This document shows, piece after piece, positions 27,001 to 39,100 of a DNA stretch of 64,000 nucleotides. Made by a program: the position numbers and the translations under genes. Position 1 is the first letter of the stretch, and each line of letters starts with the position of its first letter. Source of the stretch: Amoebophrya sp. A120 (Eukaryota > Protista > Dinoflagellata); NCBI GenBank assembly GCA_905178155.1, contig CAJINV010000017.1, positions 1,170,722-1,234,721 on the forward strand, in the 5' to 3' direction. Below the pieces are notes generated by a model. That model was not told the DNA's origin and did not search any database. It saw nothing but the letters and a program-made list of their open reading frames with translations.

Positions 27001-30000
27001 CGAGACATCACCGGTCCTGGGACGTGGAAGCCGATTCCGGCGGACAAGCCGGATTACAAGCAGTACCAGGAGGGCTTGAAGCAAGCAAAAGCAGAGTTAG
27101 CGCCTTCGTTAACTGACAAATTGCACGCGAACCACGTGTACCCAACGATAAGTGAGGAGGAACTTCAACAACGCGCGCTGGAGCGAGCGGCTGAGGGACG
27201 GAAAGAACGGTGGGAAGCCAAAGTGATGCAAGAACGGAATGCTGCAGAGGCTGACGCCGCCGCGGCAGAGGAGGCTAAGATGAGAAGAGGTTTGGTAAGA
27301 GGACAGCAACCTCCACCTGCTGCGGCTTCTTCCACAACTGCGGTTGCTGCTTCCAGCGGGTCATCTGCAGCTACTAGGGGAAAAATGCTTCGAGGAGAAG
27401 CAGAACAAGTGCCACCCGGCACGACTTTTGTGCCGCATCAGCATCAAGCTCCTCCAAACCCTAATACCAAGAACCATCAGCACGATGGGGCCCACTTGCA
27501 GCAGCCGCCGAAGAAGGCCTCGTCCTCGAAGCGGCCAGCGAGCGCGCAGGCGCACGTGAGCCAAAACGCGGGAGGCGCTGCGCCTGGCGCTGTGACGGCG
27601 TACCGACACGCTAAAGAGCAGGAAGCGCGAGCTGCTGCTGGGGTCGTACAGACGAGCAAACGGGCGGCGGTAGGTCCTCCGCCGTCCCCTGGAGGTGGTG
27701 CACACACGACTGCTGTCGCGAGACACCAACAGCAACAATCTCCAGCCCAAGTTCTTGTGTCGGCGCATCAAATCCAACACGAGCGGAACAATCAACCACC
27801 CAACAGTCCGCCGCAAACGGGAAGAACGTCTACTGTTCGCACTCAAATTGTCGACTCCCGAACGAGCACAGTGTTGACCACAACTGCGAACAACAAAGTC
27901 GCCACGACAAGAGCTGCTTCCCCTGGTGGAGCGGCAGGAGTAGCACCAGGCGCTCCTGCGGGGGCAACAGCTTCGGATCAGCATCCTCATCAGCACCATG
28001 CTGTTCTTCACAACCGGCAACAGCCAGCGGTTTCATCTAGCACTCGTGGTCGGCAGCAGAAGCAAAATCTCATCTCCACCCAGCTAAAAACCGACGAACG
28101 CGCGGACACCCGGGTGCAACGATTGGGTTTGTCACCGATACGAGCCGGGTTGGAGACAAATGACCCGTCCTCCAGAAAGCGCAAAGCGTCGCCGGGTGAC
28201 CGGGGCGGAAAAAATTGCGCGTCCAGGTTTCAAAACCGATACGGCATGGCAGCTTCGCCGGAGTATTTGGTTTTCAACGACGAAACGTCGGAGGATCACA
28301 GTTTCTTCGTGAACGATCAGAAGTTGAACTTCTCCCCGAAGGGGCAGAGCAATCACGTGATGGAGGCAAAATTGAAGCAGCAGCAACACCTCCGCCACGC
28401 CGAGATGATTGCAAAGTACCAGGAGGAGCAGCATCGGAAAGCGCGGCAGCGGTTACTGAAAGCGATGGAGACGGCGAAGCCGGGTCAGGACGAGGCGTTG
28501 CTACGACGGGTTGACCAGTTGATGCGGGACATGAAGCACATCTCCGGCGCCGCCTCCACCAGTGCGGCGATTGCGCAATTGCAGCAGATTCACCCCGGGA
28601 ATGTCGGGAAGTTGGAAAAGGTATCGCACATGATCAGTCCGAGCAATGGGAACAAGAAGTCACCCATGCTGATGAACCAAGTTCCTCATCCTCCCTCGTC
28701 CAGTAGCATCCTCCTTCCCATGCCGAGTGCCGCGGCTGCGAGTGCAGTTTTTCCCCCGACTAGTACAGGCAGCGGAAGAACTTCTACAGGTGCTGGAGTT
28801 CCACCTGCGTCAATCTCTGATGGAAGTTTGTCCCCGCACAAGCTCGTCGAGCCCGGCGGGTTGCTTTCCCCTCCTGCCAGACGGAAGCAACACTTGAAAG
28901 ACCCTTTACAGCTTCCTTCACCACTTTCCTCCGACGCGTCGTCGCCGAAAAGAGGGAAAAACAAATTAACGCCAATCGGTGGGGAAATCAATATGAATAA
29001 CAGTCTGGACAACTCGAATTCGGTCGAGGTCGAAGTGGAAGCGCTGTACGACAAGCATTCCAGCAGCTCCACCGCTTCCCCAAAAAGACTCTCGGCGAAT
29101 CCGCCGAAAATCCTGATGCCCATTTCCCCGTCGACCAATCTTCCACCGCAGTCAGAACTCCTAGATAATGCCTCAACATCCGGTTACCACGAGCAGGACA
29201 GAATTATCGAGGAGCACAAGAAGGCTCTGCTTTTACAGGACCATGTCGACAGCACGATCCAAGTGCCGCCGAAGCAGCGGGCGTTCGTGAAGTTGGATGC
29301 GTTTGGGCGGGAGCCGGAGAAACTCTACGCATCGCAGTTGCGGCTGGAAGAGTTACGGAACTACAACCTGCTCTCGCACAACGAAAAGGTTCATTTGGTG
29401 AACCAGGTGAAGGCGCTTATCGCCTCTCGGGAGTTGGAGGTACAGGATACATAGATAGAAAGATGAATTTTACACATTTGTTCTCTGTCGGACTTCGGAA
29501 CTTTTGAAAACCCACGGCATTTTTGATGCTTGCCAATGAAGAATAAACACCAGCGGGCTTTACTTGCTACGACATCACTTCGAAACACTACGATTCCACA
29601 GGGTATCGACCGCGATTTGAATTTGAAAGCCGCCAGGATGTATGCGGGGTTTGAGATTGACCGCATTTTCGAGGCGAGAAGCAAGCCACCAGAACCACAA
29701 GCAGCCGCACAGCCAGCCGCGAAGTCGAAGAGCAAGAGCGCAGGAGGAGTAGCTGCGCCCACGATGATCAAGAGCAAAGCTAGTTCCAGCAATAAACCAG
29801 GTGGAGGTCCACATGTGATCAGTGGGGCGGGCCACGGCGCTATCAACGCTGCAGAGGTGGAAGCGATGGTTGCGGCGACGCAACAGAAGCTGTTTATGAC
29901 GAGCGAGGAGGAATCATCTGCAGCGTCTCTTTCCTCAACCGCGATGATGGAAAACCAAAGCAGAAGTTTTGAACCGATACCCACGATGGGTGCAGTAGCA

Positions 30001-30405
30001 GCTCCTGGGGGAAGTGTTAACCGAGGAACAGGCGGAGGCGCAGGTGGGTCTACTGGTGGTGGTGGTGGATCTTCGAAGGTGTCTGCGGCGTCAGTGGCTG
30101 CGCCTGCGCCTGCTACAGGAGGTAATCAAGGGTTGCCGCTTGTTTGCGTCGCATGACAGTACAATGATCACTACGTTGAAATGATGATGGCGGTGCTTGC
30201 ACACTTGTACTTGACCATGAGCATGCAAGAACTTAAACTTTACAATAAGCAAACTACAGGCTCGTCGTCCCGCATGCAGCTCTTGCACGAAAACGCCAGT
30301 GCGTTGCTGATCCAGCACCGTTGGAAGAAGAAGGTGAAAGCGCTGAACCACCTGCAAGACGCCAACATTCAGCGAGATGAGGACGGACTTTTTGAAGTGG
30401 GGTAG
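18082..30405 (+). CDS. Very large (~2900 aa) low-complexity/coiled-coil protein with a C-terminal IQ-like motif
   Basis: ORFs 18082-19701, 22957-29454, 29530-30156 and 30181-30405 join in frame through three long TA-type introns (19674-20686, 20761-21713, 21764-23052) and GT-AG introns 29440-29601 and 30122-30259. The last exon contains SALLIQHRWKKK. Confidence 0.7.
19674..20681. mobile_element. Long (1008 bp) non-autonomous TIR element A
   Basis: About 48-bp near-perfect TIR TATGGCGCGCTTAAAGTCGCG(T/C)TTT(T/C)AAAAGTCATAGTTTT; direct repeat GAGTT on both sides; GC-rich interior with no recognisable transposase. Confidence 0.92.
20761..21708. mobile_element. Long (948 bp) non-autonomous TIR element B
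   Basis: TIR TACTA....GAATTTTGTCTGTAGACGAAA(T/A)TTTTGAAATTTTT. Flanks TTACG/GTTGC do not match, but removing element plus 5 nt keeps the frame. Confidence 0.88.
21764..23047. mobile_element. Long (1284 bp) non-autonomous TIR element C, family F4-like
   Basis: TIR TATCACAAGAAAAAGTG(T/C)ACACGTACACGG; direct repeat GGAAA; internal inverted repeat near 22299-22346 / 22382-22429 and many CCGTGT(A/G)CA motifs. Confidence 0.92.
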
Positions 30406-31331
30406 GATGCAGAAGTTGGTTCAAATTTAGGAAAAAAAAGGAGCTACCGGGTAGCTTCGAACAACACAGGTGAAGATGCTTTTCTATGCTACAGCATTCA
30501 CGGCAGGTGCAGGAAATCTCAGATGCTTCGTCGCTGAGCTAGAACTTCACTCATTTATTTTACGCAAAGGTTAGTGCGAGTGGTTCTCAGCAAAAATAAA
30601 CTTCACCCACATCTTGTGCCCATGCCGATTGGTAGACCCCGTTTGTCTTGCTGCAATTGCTGTTCTTCACAACGACGATCTGCGGTAATGAAACGAAGTT
30701 TTTCATCATCTGTAGTCAGTCACACGCGAGCGAGGAACACGGAACAGTTTTGGTTGTGATGTGCGCTGCCGCTGGTTGAATTTGAGAGAAGGTAAATAAA
30801 GTTCACTTTCGGTCTAATCAACGAGAAGACTGTGAAAAAGTGTAACTGTGCTAGTGCACCACCGACAGGAAGTGCATCGAGACAGAGTGAGAGCTGACGT
30901 CTCGGCGGGATTTTTTCACATGACATCATACTGGAAGAGTGTCATTATTTATGCTCCTGATCATATGTGGTCAAGATCCTGATTTGGACGAGGCTAATAT
31001 TAAAGCTTCTGACTTTTCAGCTGAATAAAAAGTTTTTCCGTTGTTTTGGACGACGAACACAGAGCCACTCCGACTAAGAACCAAAACGAACCAAAACTCT
31101 ACTCGACTTCAGACAACGGTTGACTGTTGCTCAGCCAGTTTATCTCGACAAGTTGAATATCAAATTTTAATTTAAAACCTCTTCCGTATACAACCAAATA
31201 CAAGCCAAAACTTGAACGCACACTCAACTCAAAGCGACAGTCTTCACCAGATCCAGAGCTAGCTCCTTCTTTGTTGTTTCTAAATTAATACATTGCATCG
31301 TACTAGAAGTTTACGCAAAAAAAAGGCGACA

Positions 31332-33532
31332 ATGGCGGATGTCTGGACGGAAATGTTCGGAGCAAAGCTCCAAGGAAAGGATGGCGCCATGGTGGAGAGC
31401 TCGACGCTGAAGAACTCCAAAGCGGTAAAGACAGACCGAGTTCATTTTGATGTTACGCTGCCACACAAAGAAACAAATGAGACAAACCCAGCAGTTGTCT
31501 ACAGTTTATGTCATGTTGCACTCCGTGGTGCTCATCATGTAGGCGCGAGCTCAGCGAAATGTACAACTTCTCTCTCCTCAAATGAGTACTCCAATCTTGT
31601 CAGGTCGGGATCTACTTCAGTGCCCATTGGTGTCCCCCGTGTCGCGGTTTCACACCAAAGCTAGCGGAGTGGTATTCTGCGAGTTTGAAGGAGAAAGGCA
31701 TGGAGATTGTGTTCGTCAGCTCTGACCGGGATGTTGGCGCTTTCGACGAGTACTTCGCGGAGCAGCCTTGGCTGTCTCTACCCTACAGCGAGCGGGAGAC
31801 CAAGGACAAACTGAGCAAGAAGTTTAAGGTATGGTGCTCTACGTATGATTTCTTAATACTTCCGCATGAGGAACAAGAGAGGCTACTTCTTCTACCACTC
31901 AACAAATGAAGCTTTTCGAAGATGATGTGTCTAAGTATCTTTGTTTCGACGCTTACGTGATCTTGATGTTGATTGAATTGATTCGAGGATGAGGGTAGAG
32001 CAGGTAGTAAATTTTCGCCGGGCTTCTAACTATTTTTCGTTGCACGCCTCCCGTAAAACGACAACAACATGATCGCAGGTCGAAGGCATCCCGACTTTCG
32101 TGATTCTCGGGTCCGCCGGGAACATTATTACGAAGAAAGGGCGCGAGTGTGTCTCCAGCGACCCAACCGGAACCGACTTTCCCTGGTACCCCAAAAGCCT
32201 GAAAGAGCTGCTCGGCACCGAGTTCCAGACAAAAGCAGCGGACGGGAACAAGCTGGAGACAATTAACATCTCGGAGTTTGACGGCAAAAAGCTCGGCTTG
32301 TACTTTTCCGCGCACTGGTGCCCGCCTTGCAGGAGCTTCACGCCGATGCTGATACGCATTGGAAAAATGTCTGGGTCTGGAAGAATGCACGTAGTTTGTT
32401 TTGCTTGTATGACCACATGAGACATGCAGTTTTTTTTTTTTTTTAACGCTGCGATCATGTGCTGTGAGCAGTGAAACTAAAGACCCTTGCCTGTCATGCA
32501 GAAAGGCCTGGAAGCGAAAAGGAAAACACCCAGGACGAGCTCGAAAACTTCGAACGCGTGACTGCGTGGTATTCTTATTGCAGTGCGCCCACCACGAGAA
32601 CCATTCGCGAACTAGTATCTTCTTCACAAATTTCCAGACCCAGAGAGATTTGCCGTGCATAGCTGAAGGACGTATACGAAAAACTGAAGCAGAAGGATGA
32701 GAAGTTCGAAATCGTTTTTATATCCTCCGACCGCGAGGAGGAGGGGTTCACAGAGTATTTTGGCGAAATGCCCTGGAAGGCGATCCCGTACGCTGACAGG
32801 AAGAGGAAACAGGAGCTATCCAGTCACTTCGAGGTTTCCGGGATCCCCTCGCTTATCATCTTGGATGAGGAGCGAAAAACCATTTGCCCGAACGCGGTCG
32901 CGAAAGTCAGGAACGACAAGGAAGGGGCGAAATACCCGTGGCTACCGGAACTCATTAACGAAATCGACGAGGATCCGGAGGGCATTGACGAGGCCCCGAG
33001 TATTGTGGTCCTGCAAGAGAAACTGTCCGCGGAAGAGAAGGAAAAGAACAAAAATGCACTGATGCCGCTCGCGAAGAAGGTAAATTGTCTGGCTTTTCTT
33101 ACAGGTACGTGTCAAATAAATCTGTGTCGTGTTTCATGCAGAAGCGAAGTGAACTAAAGAGACAATCTTCCTCTTTTGCTTTCTTGTGAGTCATCAAGCC
33201 TAACAGAGCAATACCAGGATAGGCGCAAGCACAAGTTGTAAAAAATGATATTTATGCAACTGCACCAAACACAGTATCGCGAAGCGGCCACCGACGGGGA
33301 CCAGGAGTTCAACTTCTTCCTAGCGAGCACGGACGGGGGCGAGCTTGCAGAGCGGGTCCGCAACGAGTGCGGTGAAAACGAGGAGTTTGGGAAGGCGCAG
33401 GTGGTCTTAATGGACATCCAAGATCGCGGGGGGTACTACGTCTTCGATAAGGAATTGACGACCGACAACGTCGCCAGCTTCCTCGCGGACTACTCGGGAA
33501 AGAAACTGAAACGCATGCAGATGGGCGGCTAA
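31332..33532 (+). CDS. Nucleoredoxin/tryparedoxin-like protein: two WCPPC thioredoxin domains plus a degenerate third
   Basis: YFSAHWCPPCRGFTP and YFSAHWCPPCRSFTP, EIVF(V/I)SSD twice, V(E/S)GIP twice. GT-AG introns 31425-31603, 31829-32078 and 33080-33274; TA-type intron 32353-32666. Confidence 0.92.
32353..32661. mobile_element. TA-bounded intronic element, family F2 (TGTCTGGGTCTGGAA)
   Basis: GCTGA|TACGCATTGGAAAAATGTCTGGGTCTGGAA...TTCCAGACCCAGAGAGATTTGCCGTGCATA|GCTGA; spliced product FTPMLKDVYEKLK fits the nucleoredoxin consensus. Confidence 0.93.
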
Positions 33533-34533
33533 ACATCGAATGAAAAATGATTATTAGGAGAAATTATCGCTCCAAAAATGCAATTATGCTCCACACCGAA
33601 AGAGAACTACACGCGAATGGTTTTGTTTTGAAGGAGCGCCTTTCTGTTGAAATGTGCTGACCGCGGCGACGTTGCGAGCATATCATCTCGAAATGGTTTT
33701 ATTGCAAACTGATGAACAAGAAGGCTCACATACTTGCTCTTTCACGCGAATCCGCAGCTGCGAACAATTTTTGGAAAAGCTTTTCATCAAGATCTTCGTC
33801 TCACCCGGAATGTCATCTTTTTGCCCTCTTATGACGAGTAGCAACATCAGAAAACAAAAAGCAACTGCATCAGCAATCTTCTAGAGTGTATTAAAGAGCT
33901 GTTGCAGCGCGAGGCGATATTGTGGAACGGTAATAATAGGACGCAAAATACTTTAAGGGTAGTAATAGTAGTATCAGTTTCACCATCAACTCGTACTCGA
34001 AGTCGAGACACAGTCCTCTGCTTTTTACGCAGGGAGAAAAAAACACACGGTAGAACATTCTAGTCACTACTTCTACGTGGCCATAAGGAGGGTCATGCAG
34101 ATCGGTGTGGTCTCACGCACAGATATATGTCTGTCAAATGATGAAAATGTAGACCCCTACAGTTCAGCTTCAAGTACGGCACTGCTCTGCCCTTAATATG
34201 CCTTCGATGTTCGTGTTGATCCGCAGCCTTCTATTCGCTATTCCTATTCGGTCAAGTACATCAATAAGTGGGCTGAGCAAGTCGTAGCTCCACGATTTCT
34301 CGAAGATGGTGATGTGAAGGTCATCTGCAGTATTCCAGAAATGACGAGCGTGGCCCTTTCATCCTCACCTGTGATAAAGATCATCACGCAGATCAGCGAT
34401 CCGCTTTATATCCACTACTATTGTCCTGGAGCAAGGTAGAAACAGATTGCTTGTTCTCCTCTAAAGTCGAAGGTGCTACAATTCAAATTCTCTTTTTGTC
34501 GCAAACGATTTCTTCGCGTATAGCTAGGTAAAA

Positions 34534-35673
34534 ATGTCGAGCGAAAATGAAAGTCAGGGCGCGGCGAGCGCAAGAAGACCTCCAACTAGCGAGCAGAGCG
34601 CAGCGGAGGCAGCAGCTGTACCAGCCCCACACGTGGGCGATAGGCGATTGCTTTCTGCGGCGCAGCATGAGCACCCGCCTGCTACCGCGACAATTGCTGC
34701 GAGTGCTCCTCCGGATAGCACGACAGCTCCAGACCTGCAACTTCCTATTTCATCACCAACATCAGACATGGTTGGACCATCTTCAAACACAACTAACGCA
34801 GTCCTCGAATCCGGCATGACAAACGTGAGCAGTTCCTCGTACGATGGGCCGCATTTCGGTAAAGTGATCCGCGACCGGATTGACCACCCTGCAAACCGGC
34901 TGCTTGAAACGGCGAGGAGACGGAGGAAACTGAACCAACTTCCCGAAAACCTGGCAGTTCTGCGGGCGGTGTTGGATAGGAAGTTTCTCAACGAGAAAAG
35001 AAGCGACGCAGGAAGAACACCAGGTGCGGGGACGACACATTCGTTTCATCTCCCAGCAGGGGCCGCTCGTGTGCCAGATGGAGATGACCATGGAGACGAG
35101 CAAGCTGCAACTACGAATGCGTCGAACGCAAAAACAGAACTCGAAAAAGAAATAGAGGACATCCGGGAAGAGATCGACACGGTGCTCTTTCCGAAGATCC
35201 AGCAGCAGCAGAAGAAGCTGTCCGACGCCATGATGCAAAACGAAGACCTGTTAGAGAAGGTGAAGCAAGTGAATCTTCAGAAACAGCAGTACGAAAAGCA
35301 GTGTCGGCAAACCAAACTCGGACTGGAAAGAAGGTACCGGGATCTGTTGGCAAGAAAGCAGTGTTACAATCAGGAACAGGCTCATGATCGTCCACCTGGA
35401 GGTTTTGATCTAACCCAAGCTCAAAAGCAGGAACAGGGCGAATATCAACAAGAGGAAGTAGATAACCATTCATTCCTGCAACCTTCGTGGCGGGAAAATT
35501 TCGAAGCACTATTGGAGACGGGTGTGTTTTACGATTCGGCGGCGCTGATGGAGCAGTTGCAAGATAAGGACGGAAAAGTGTTGCACAGCAGCGAAGCGAA
35601 AGCTGTGGAGCGAAGGGAACAACTGTTGGAACTAGGGAAATATTTGCGCGAATGGATGTTGGCTTTGCCATGA
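34534..35673 (+). CDS. Hypothetical coiled-coil protein
   Basis: 379-aa ORF with a heptad-rich middle (ELEKEIEDIREEI..QQQQKKLSDAMMQNEDLLEKVKQVNLQKQ). It may extend to 35874 through a degenerate inverted-repeat intron near 35651-35839. Confidence 0.6.
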   Translation: MSSENESQGAASARRPPTSEQSAAEAAAVPAPHVGDRRLLSAAQHEHPPATATIAASAPPDSTTAPDLQLPISSPTSDMVGPSSNTTNAVLESGMTNVSSSSYDGPHFGKVIRDRIDHPANRLLETARRRRKLNQLPENLAVLRAVLDRKFLNEKRSDAGRTPGAGTTHSFHLPAGAARVPDGDDHGDEQAATTNASNAKTELEKEIEDIREEIDTVLFPKIQQQQKKLSDAMMQNEDLLEKVKQVNLQKQQYEKQCRQTKLGLERRYRDLLARKQCYNQEQAHDRPPGGFDLTQAQKQEQGEYQQEEVDNHSFLQPSWRENFEALLETGVFYDSAALMEQLQDKDGKVLHSSEAKAVERREQLLELGKYLREWMLALP

Positions 35674-36173
35674 CGATTAATGAACTCAAGGAACGGACGC
35701 CAACGTAGTGCAGCAGCTGCATGGAAATTCATAGTAAAGCGACAATCATGTAAAAGTATCTCGATGTGTGTTGAACAAGTCAGTGGCCAAGTGGACGGTT
35801 CTGCTCTTATCACTTCATTGCAGAGAGATCCATGTTTGTTCTCCTACCTTTTGCCGCGACGAGGACCACCCTGATCATTCTCAACGAGCCGTATTGGGAT
35901 GAATCACTGTGGAAACTACGAAATTGCGGAGTGAAATCTTCCGTTTTATCCAGTTCTTGCTTTTCTTCGTTTTCTTGAGCGTTCAGTGCAAGGAATCATG
36001 AGCGTTCATGACAGTACTACAATCGGCGGACGAGAGAGGAGGTTCGTTGAGTGCGTCGTGGTAGAAGTGCTCCTGCGGTACCTCCTGGTGTCCGCAAAGG
36101 AAGAGCGCGCTTCTATTTAAACATTGCACACGACTAGGCAGGGCGCGACTACACCGCCGTATCCACTTGCATC

Positions 36174-39100
36174 ATGGCACCCACCAGCTGCTACCTCGTC
36201 GCATCGAGGAACATGCGACAACCGAACATCACGGTTGTACCGCAAAACCGACTCATCCTCTTGATTTGCATTGCCCAGTTTTTCCTCGCATGTCTTCCTG
36301 TCCCTGCTCGACTCCCGTGGTTGCGGGGTCATCCCCGCCTTGCGCACAGCGAAGAAGATGCAGTTCTCTCGGCACTACAACTTACCTCGGGAGATGAGAC
36401 CGGCGCCGGGGCGAGGAGCGAGACAGGAGATGAGACCTCGGCAAGAAAAATCCGGGCTGTACAAAGCGCAGAGACTTCGCAAACGCCAACTACAGATGAA
36501 TACCTAGCAGATCCAGATGACGAGGACGCTGGTGCTGGTCCACCCTCCACTCTCGGCGTCGGTGATCTGAGCACCATTTTCCAATCACCGGAAGACGAAA
36601 GTGCTGATGAAGAGGGAAGTAAAAGTGCCACTGATGATGCAACGGACAAAACAACAGGAACTGCTGCAGCTGGTTCTACTTCTGGTGCCGAAGAACAAGA
36701 TGCGGCTGATGAAACGGGAACAACAGGGACCGAAGCAGCTGCGGAAAAAGCGGACGGGGTAGGAGCTGCCAGAGATGATGTCGTGGGGGACAGCAGTAGT
36801 TCTACTGCGGGACGAACAACTGCAGCCGCAACATCCAACGATGAGAACGACAAGTTCAGCGACGAGGACGATCCCTCCGCCCAGAACTGCTCGCTTTCCC
36901 CGCAAAACCCCGTTGCCATCCACAAGTCGCAGCCCTGTCCACAAGCCTGCCCTTTCGCCCAGCCAATAGCGCAGCAGAGTTGCGAGAAGTGGTGCGTGAG
37001 GCCGGAGAACTGCGCCATGTTCCACCCCGCGAGGTCCTTCCCCGATTTGAAGACGAACCAATGCGTCCTGCCCTGCGGAATAGACGGGAACGAGATCGAG
37101 GGTTGTGTCGAGTGCGCCGGGTTGGGAAAGTGCAAGAAGTGCGCGGTTGGGCTATTGGGTGTGTCGTACTACGAGTTGTCGGTCGACGGTAAGAAGTGCG
37201 TCAATTTGGCCTCGCGGACCTTCCACTTGGTGACGTCGGTTATCCTGTTTCTCTGCTTCGCCTTTTTTCTGTACTTGTTGCAACTCCAAGCTCGTCCGGT
37301 CACAAATCTAGATGCGTTGCAGTACGCGATGCGGAACCGGTGGCAGGCGAAGTGGGCGTTTGTGTTCGGAGATATCAGGTTGGGGGACTTGAAACTAGGA
37401 CGAGGTCAAGAGGAAGATGAAAACGTAGCGAATTATGGCACGAACGAAGGTACTGGCGCAAGGACCTCAGGCGGACTCCAAAGTGTGCTGGGAGAGGAAG
37501 AAGATGAAGAACAGTTTTTTCTGTCCGACGACGAGGAGAATTTTCCACGGGCAGAAACAAGTGAAGAGCTGCACTTCGAGCCAGAAATCGTCGATCCCAC
37601 AGGCACCTGCTCGGCTGCCGACTCGGAGTTGGACGACGAGGAGAATTCTCTCACTGTGCAAGAGCCACAAGCATCTCCTCCTGATTTCCGCTTGGGCAGC
37701 AACAGTCATGACCAGCACCAGTCTCAGCTCCAGCTTGAGTCCCGGACGCAAATCTTGCGAGAACACGCCACCACGACCTCCAACCGAACGGCGAGGGTAT
37801 TGACCAGCAGCGTTTCCTCGTCAGCCACCACTACTAGCCCGCGGGTCGCCGGCGTTGGGCAGATGGCGCGCTCGGCTTCTAGTGCGACTACTTCTACACC
37901 AAAAGCTCCTGCTAAATCCTCGGATTCCAAAAAATTATCTAGTGGAGGTCCCCGCCGCTGGTGGAGCACCCCGGTCCACTCTGAGGACATTGCCGGCAAA
38001 GGTGTCGCGCTTTACTTCAACTGGCTGCTGTTTCTGATGGTGGTTTCCCTCGCTTCCTCCTCCATTCATTATTTCACCTACGAACATTCGGATTTGGGCG
38101 CGGCCATGCACAGTGGCGGGCCACTGCTGGAAAAAAGCTGTGCTGCGCCATTACAGAAGGACGGGGTAACTCCTGCGGGTCTTGGGAGTCGTGCAGACGC
38201 TTCTTCGTCGGCAAGATCAACAAACAGTACAACCACTTCTCCTACTGGACCTGCCTCAGACCAGTCTGAATCAGAGCCAGCGAAAGATGAACAAGCCGAA
38301 CTGCCAAAGGAAACCAAACCAAATACGGACGAGAGCAGCAACGTCGAGCCAAAAGAGACAAACAAACTCCTGTTTCTCATGCAAAAGCAAGTTCCAACGA
38401 ATCCGATTCCCTCCGGCCAGCCGGCCACGCAGCCGGGGGAGGAGGACAACGCTTTGCCCCCGGTGGCGAAAGACGACACTGACATCACGACTCCACCGCC
38501 GAAGGTGATCGATGGAGAGCAAACAGACGGGGACGACGCCAGTGGGTCTTCTAGAAGCAACATTTTTCGTCGCCGGGGAGATGAAAACGCTGGTAGTATG
38601 GAGACTGAAGAAGATCCAGATGACTACTACAACGACGATGACGATTTCTCTGGTGTGCCACCTTATCGACGGGATCGCCGCCGCTACAAGCCGACATTAG
38701 AAGAAGTGCTCGAGGACAAGTTCAACGATCTTGCCGTCGCCGTCCGAAGCATCATCCAGCGGCTGCAGGACGAGGCCAGTAAGTGGACGCTGCCGGCAAA
38801 CGCTATGGGTGGTGGAGGGGGAGCGAACAAGAAAAATGTCAATCCCAACGTCGAGAAAAAGTACGAGCAGTTCCACTCCCGGATGTTTGTTTGCTGTGGG
38901 CTGTTGTACTTTGTTTTGACATTTTCCGTCCTCATCTTCCACGCGTTGCAATTGGAAAAACTCGCAACGAATAGCTGCACGGTGGATGGCAATGCTCTTG
39001 AAGATGATGAAGTAGACCAAAACGAAAATCCTTCTAGCAGCAAACCCGAGACGAACAGGAACAAGCAGATGAACTACAACACCCAGAACTTCTCTTCCAC

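Noticed and set aside
35651-35839. Degenerate inverted-repeat intron extending the 34534 gene
   Set aside because: The ends are AA...TG with weak pairing and no direct repeat; frame-compatible but not counted among the 24.
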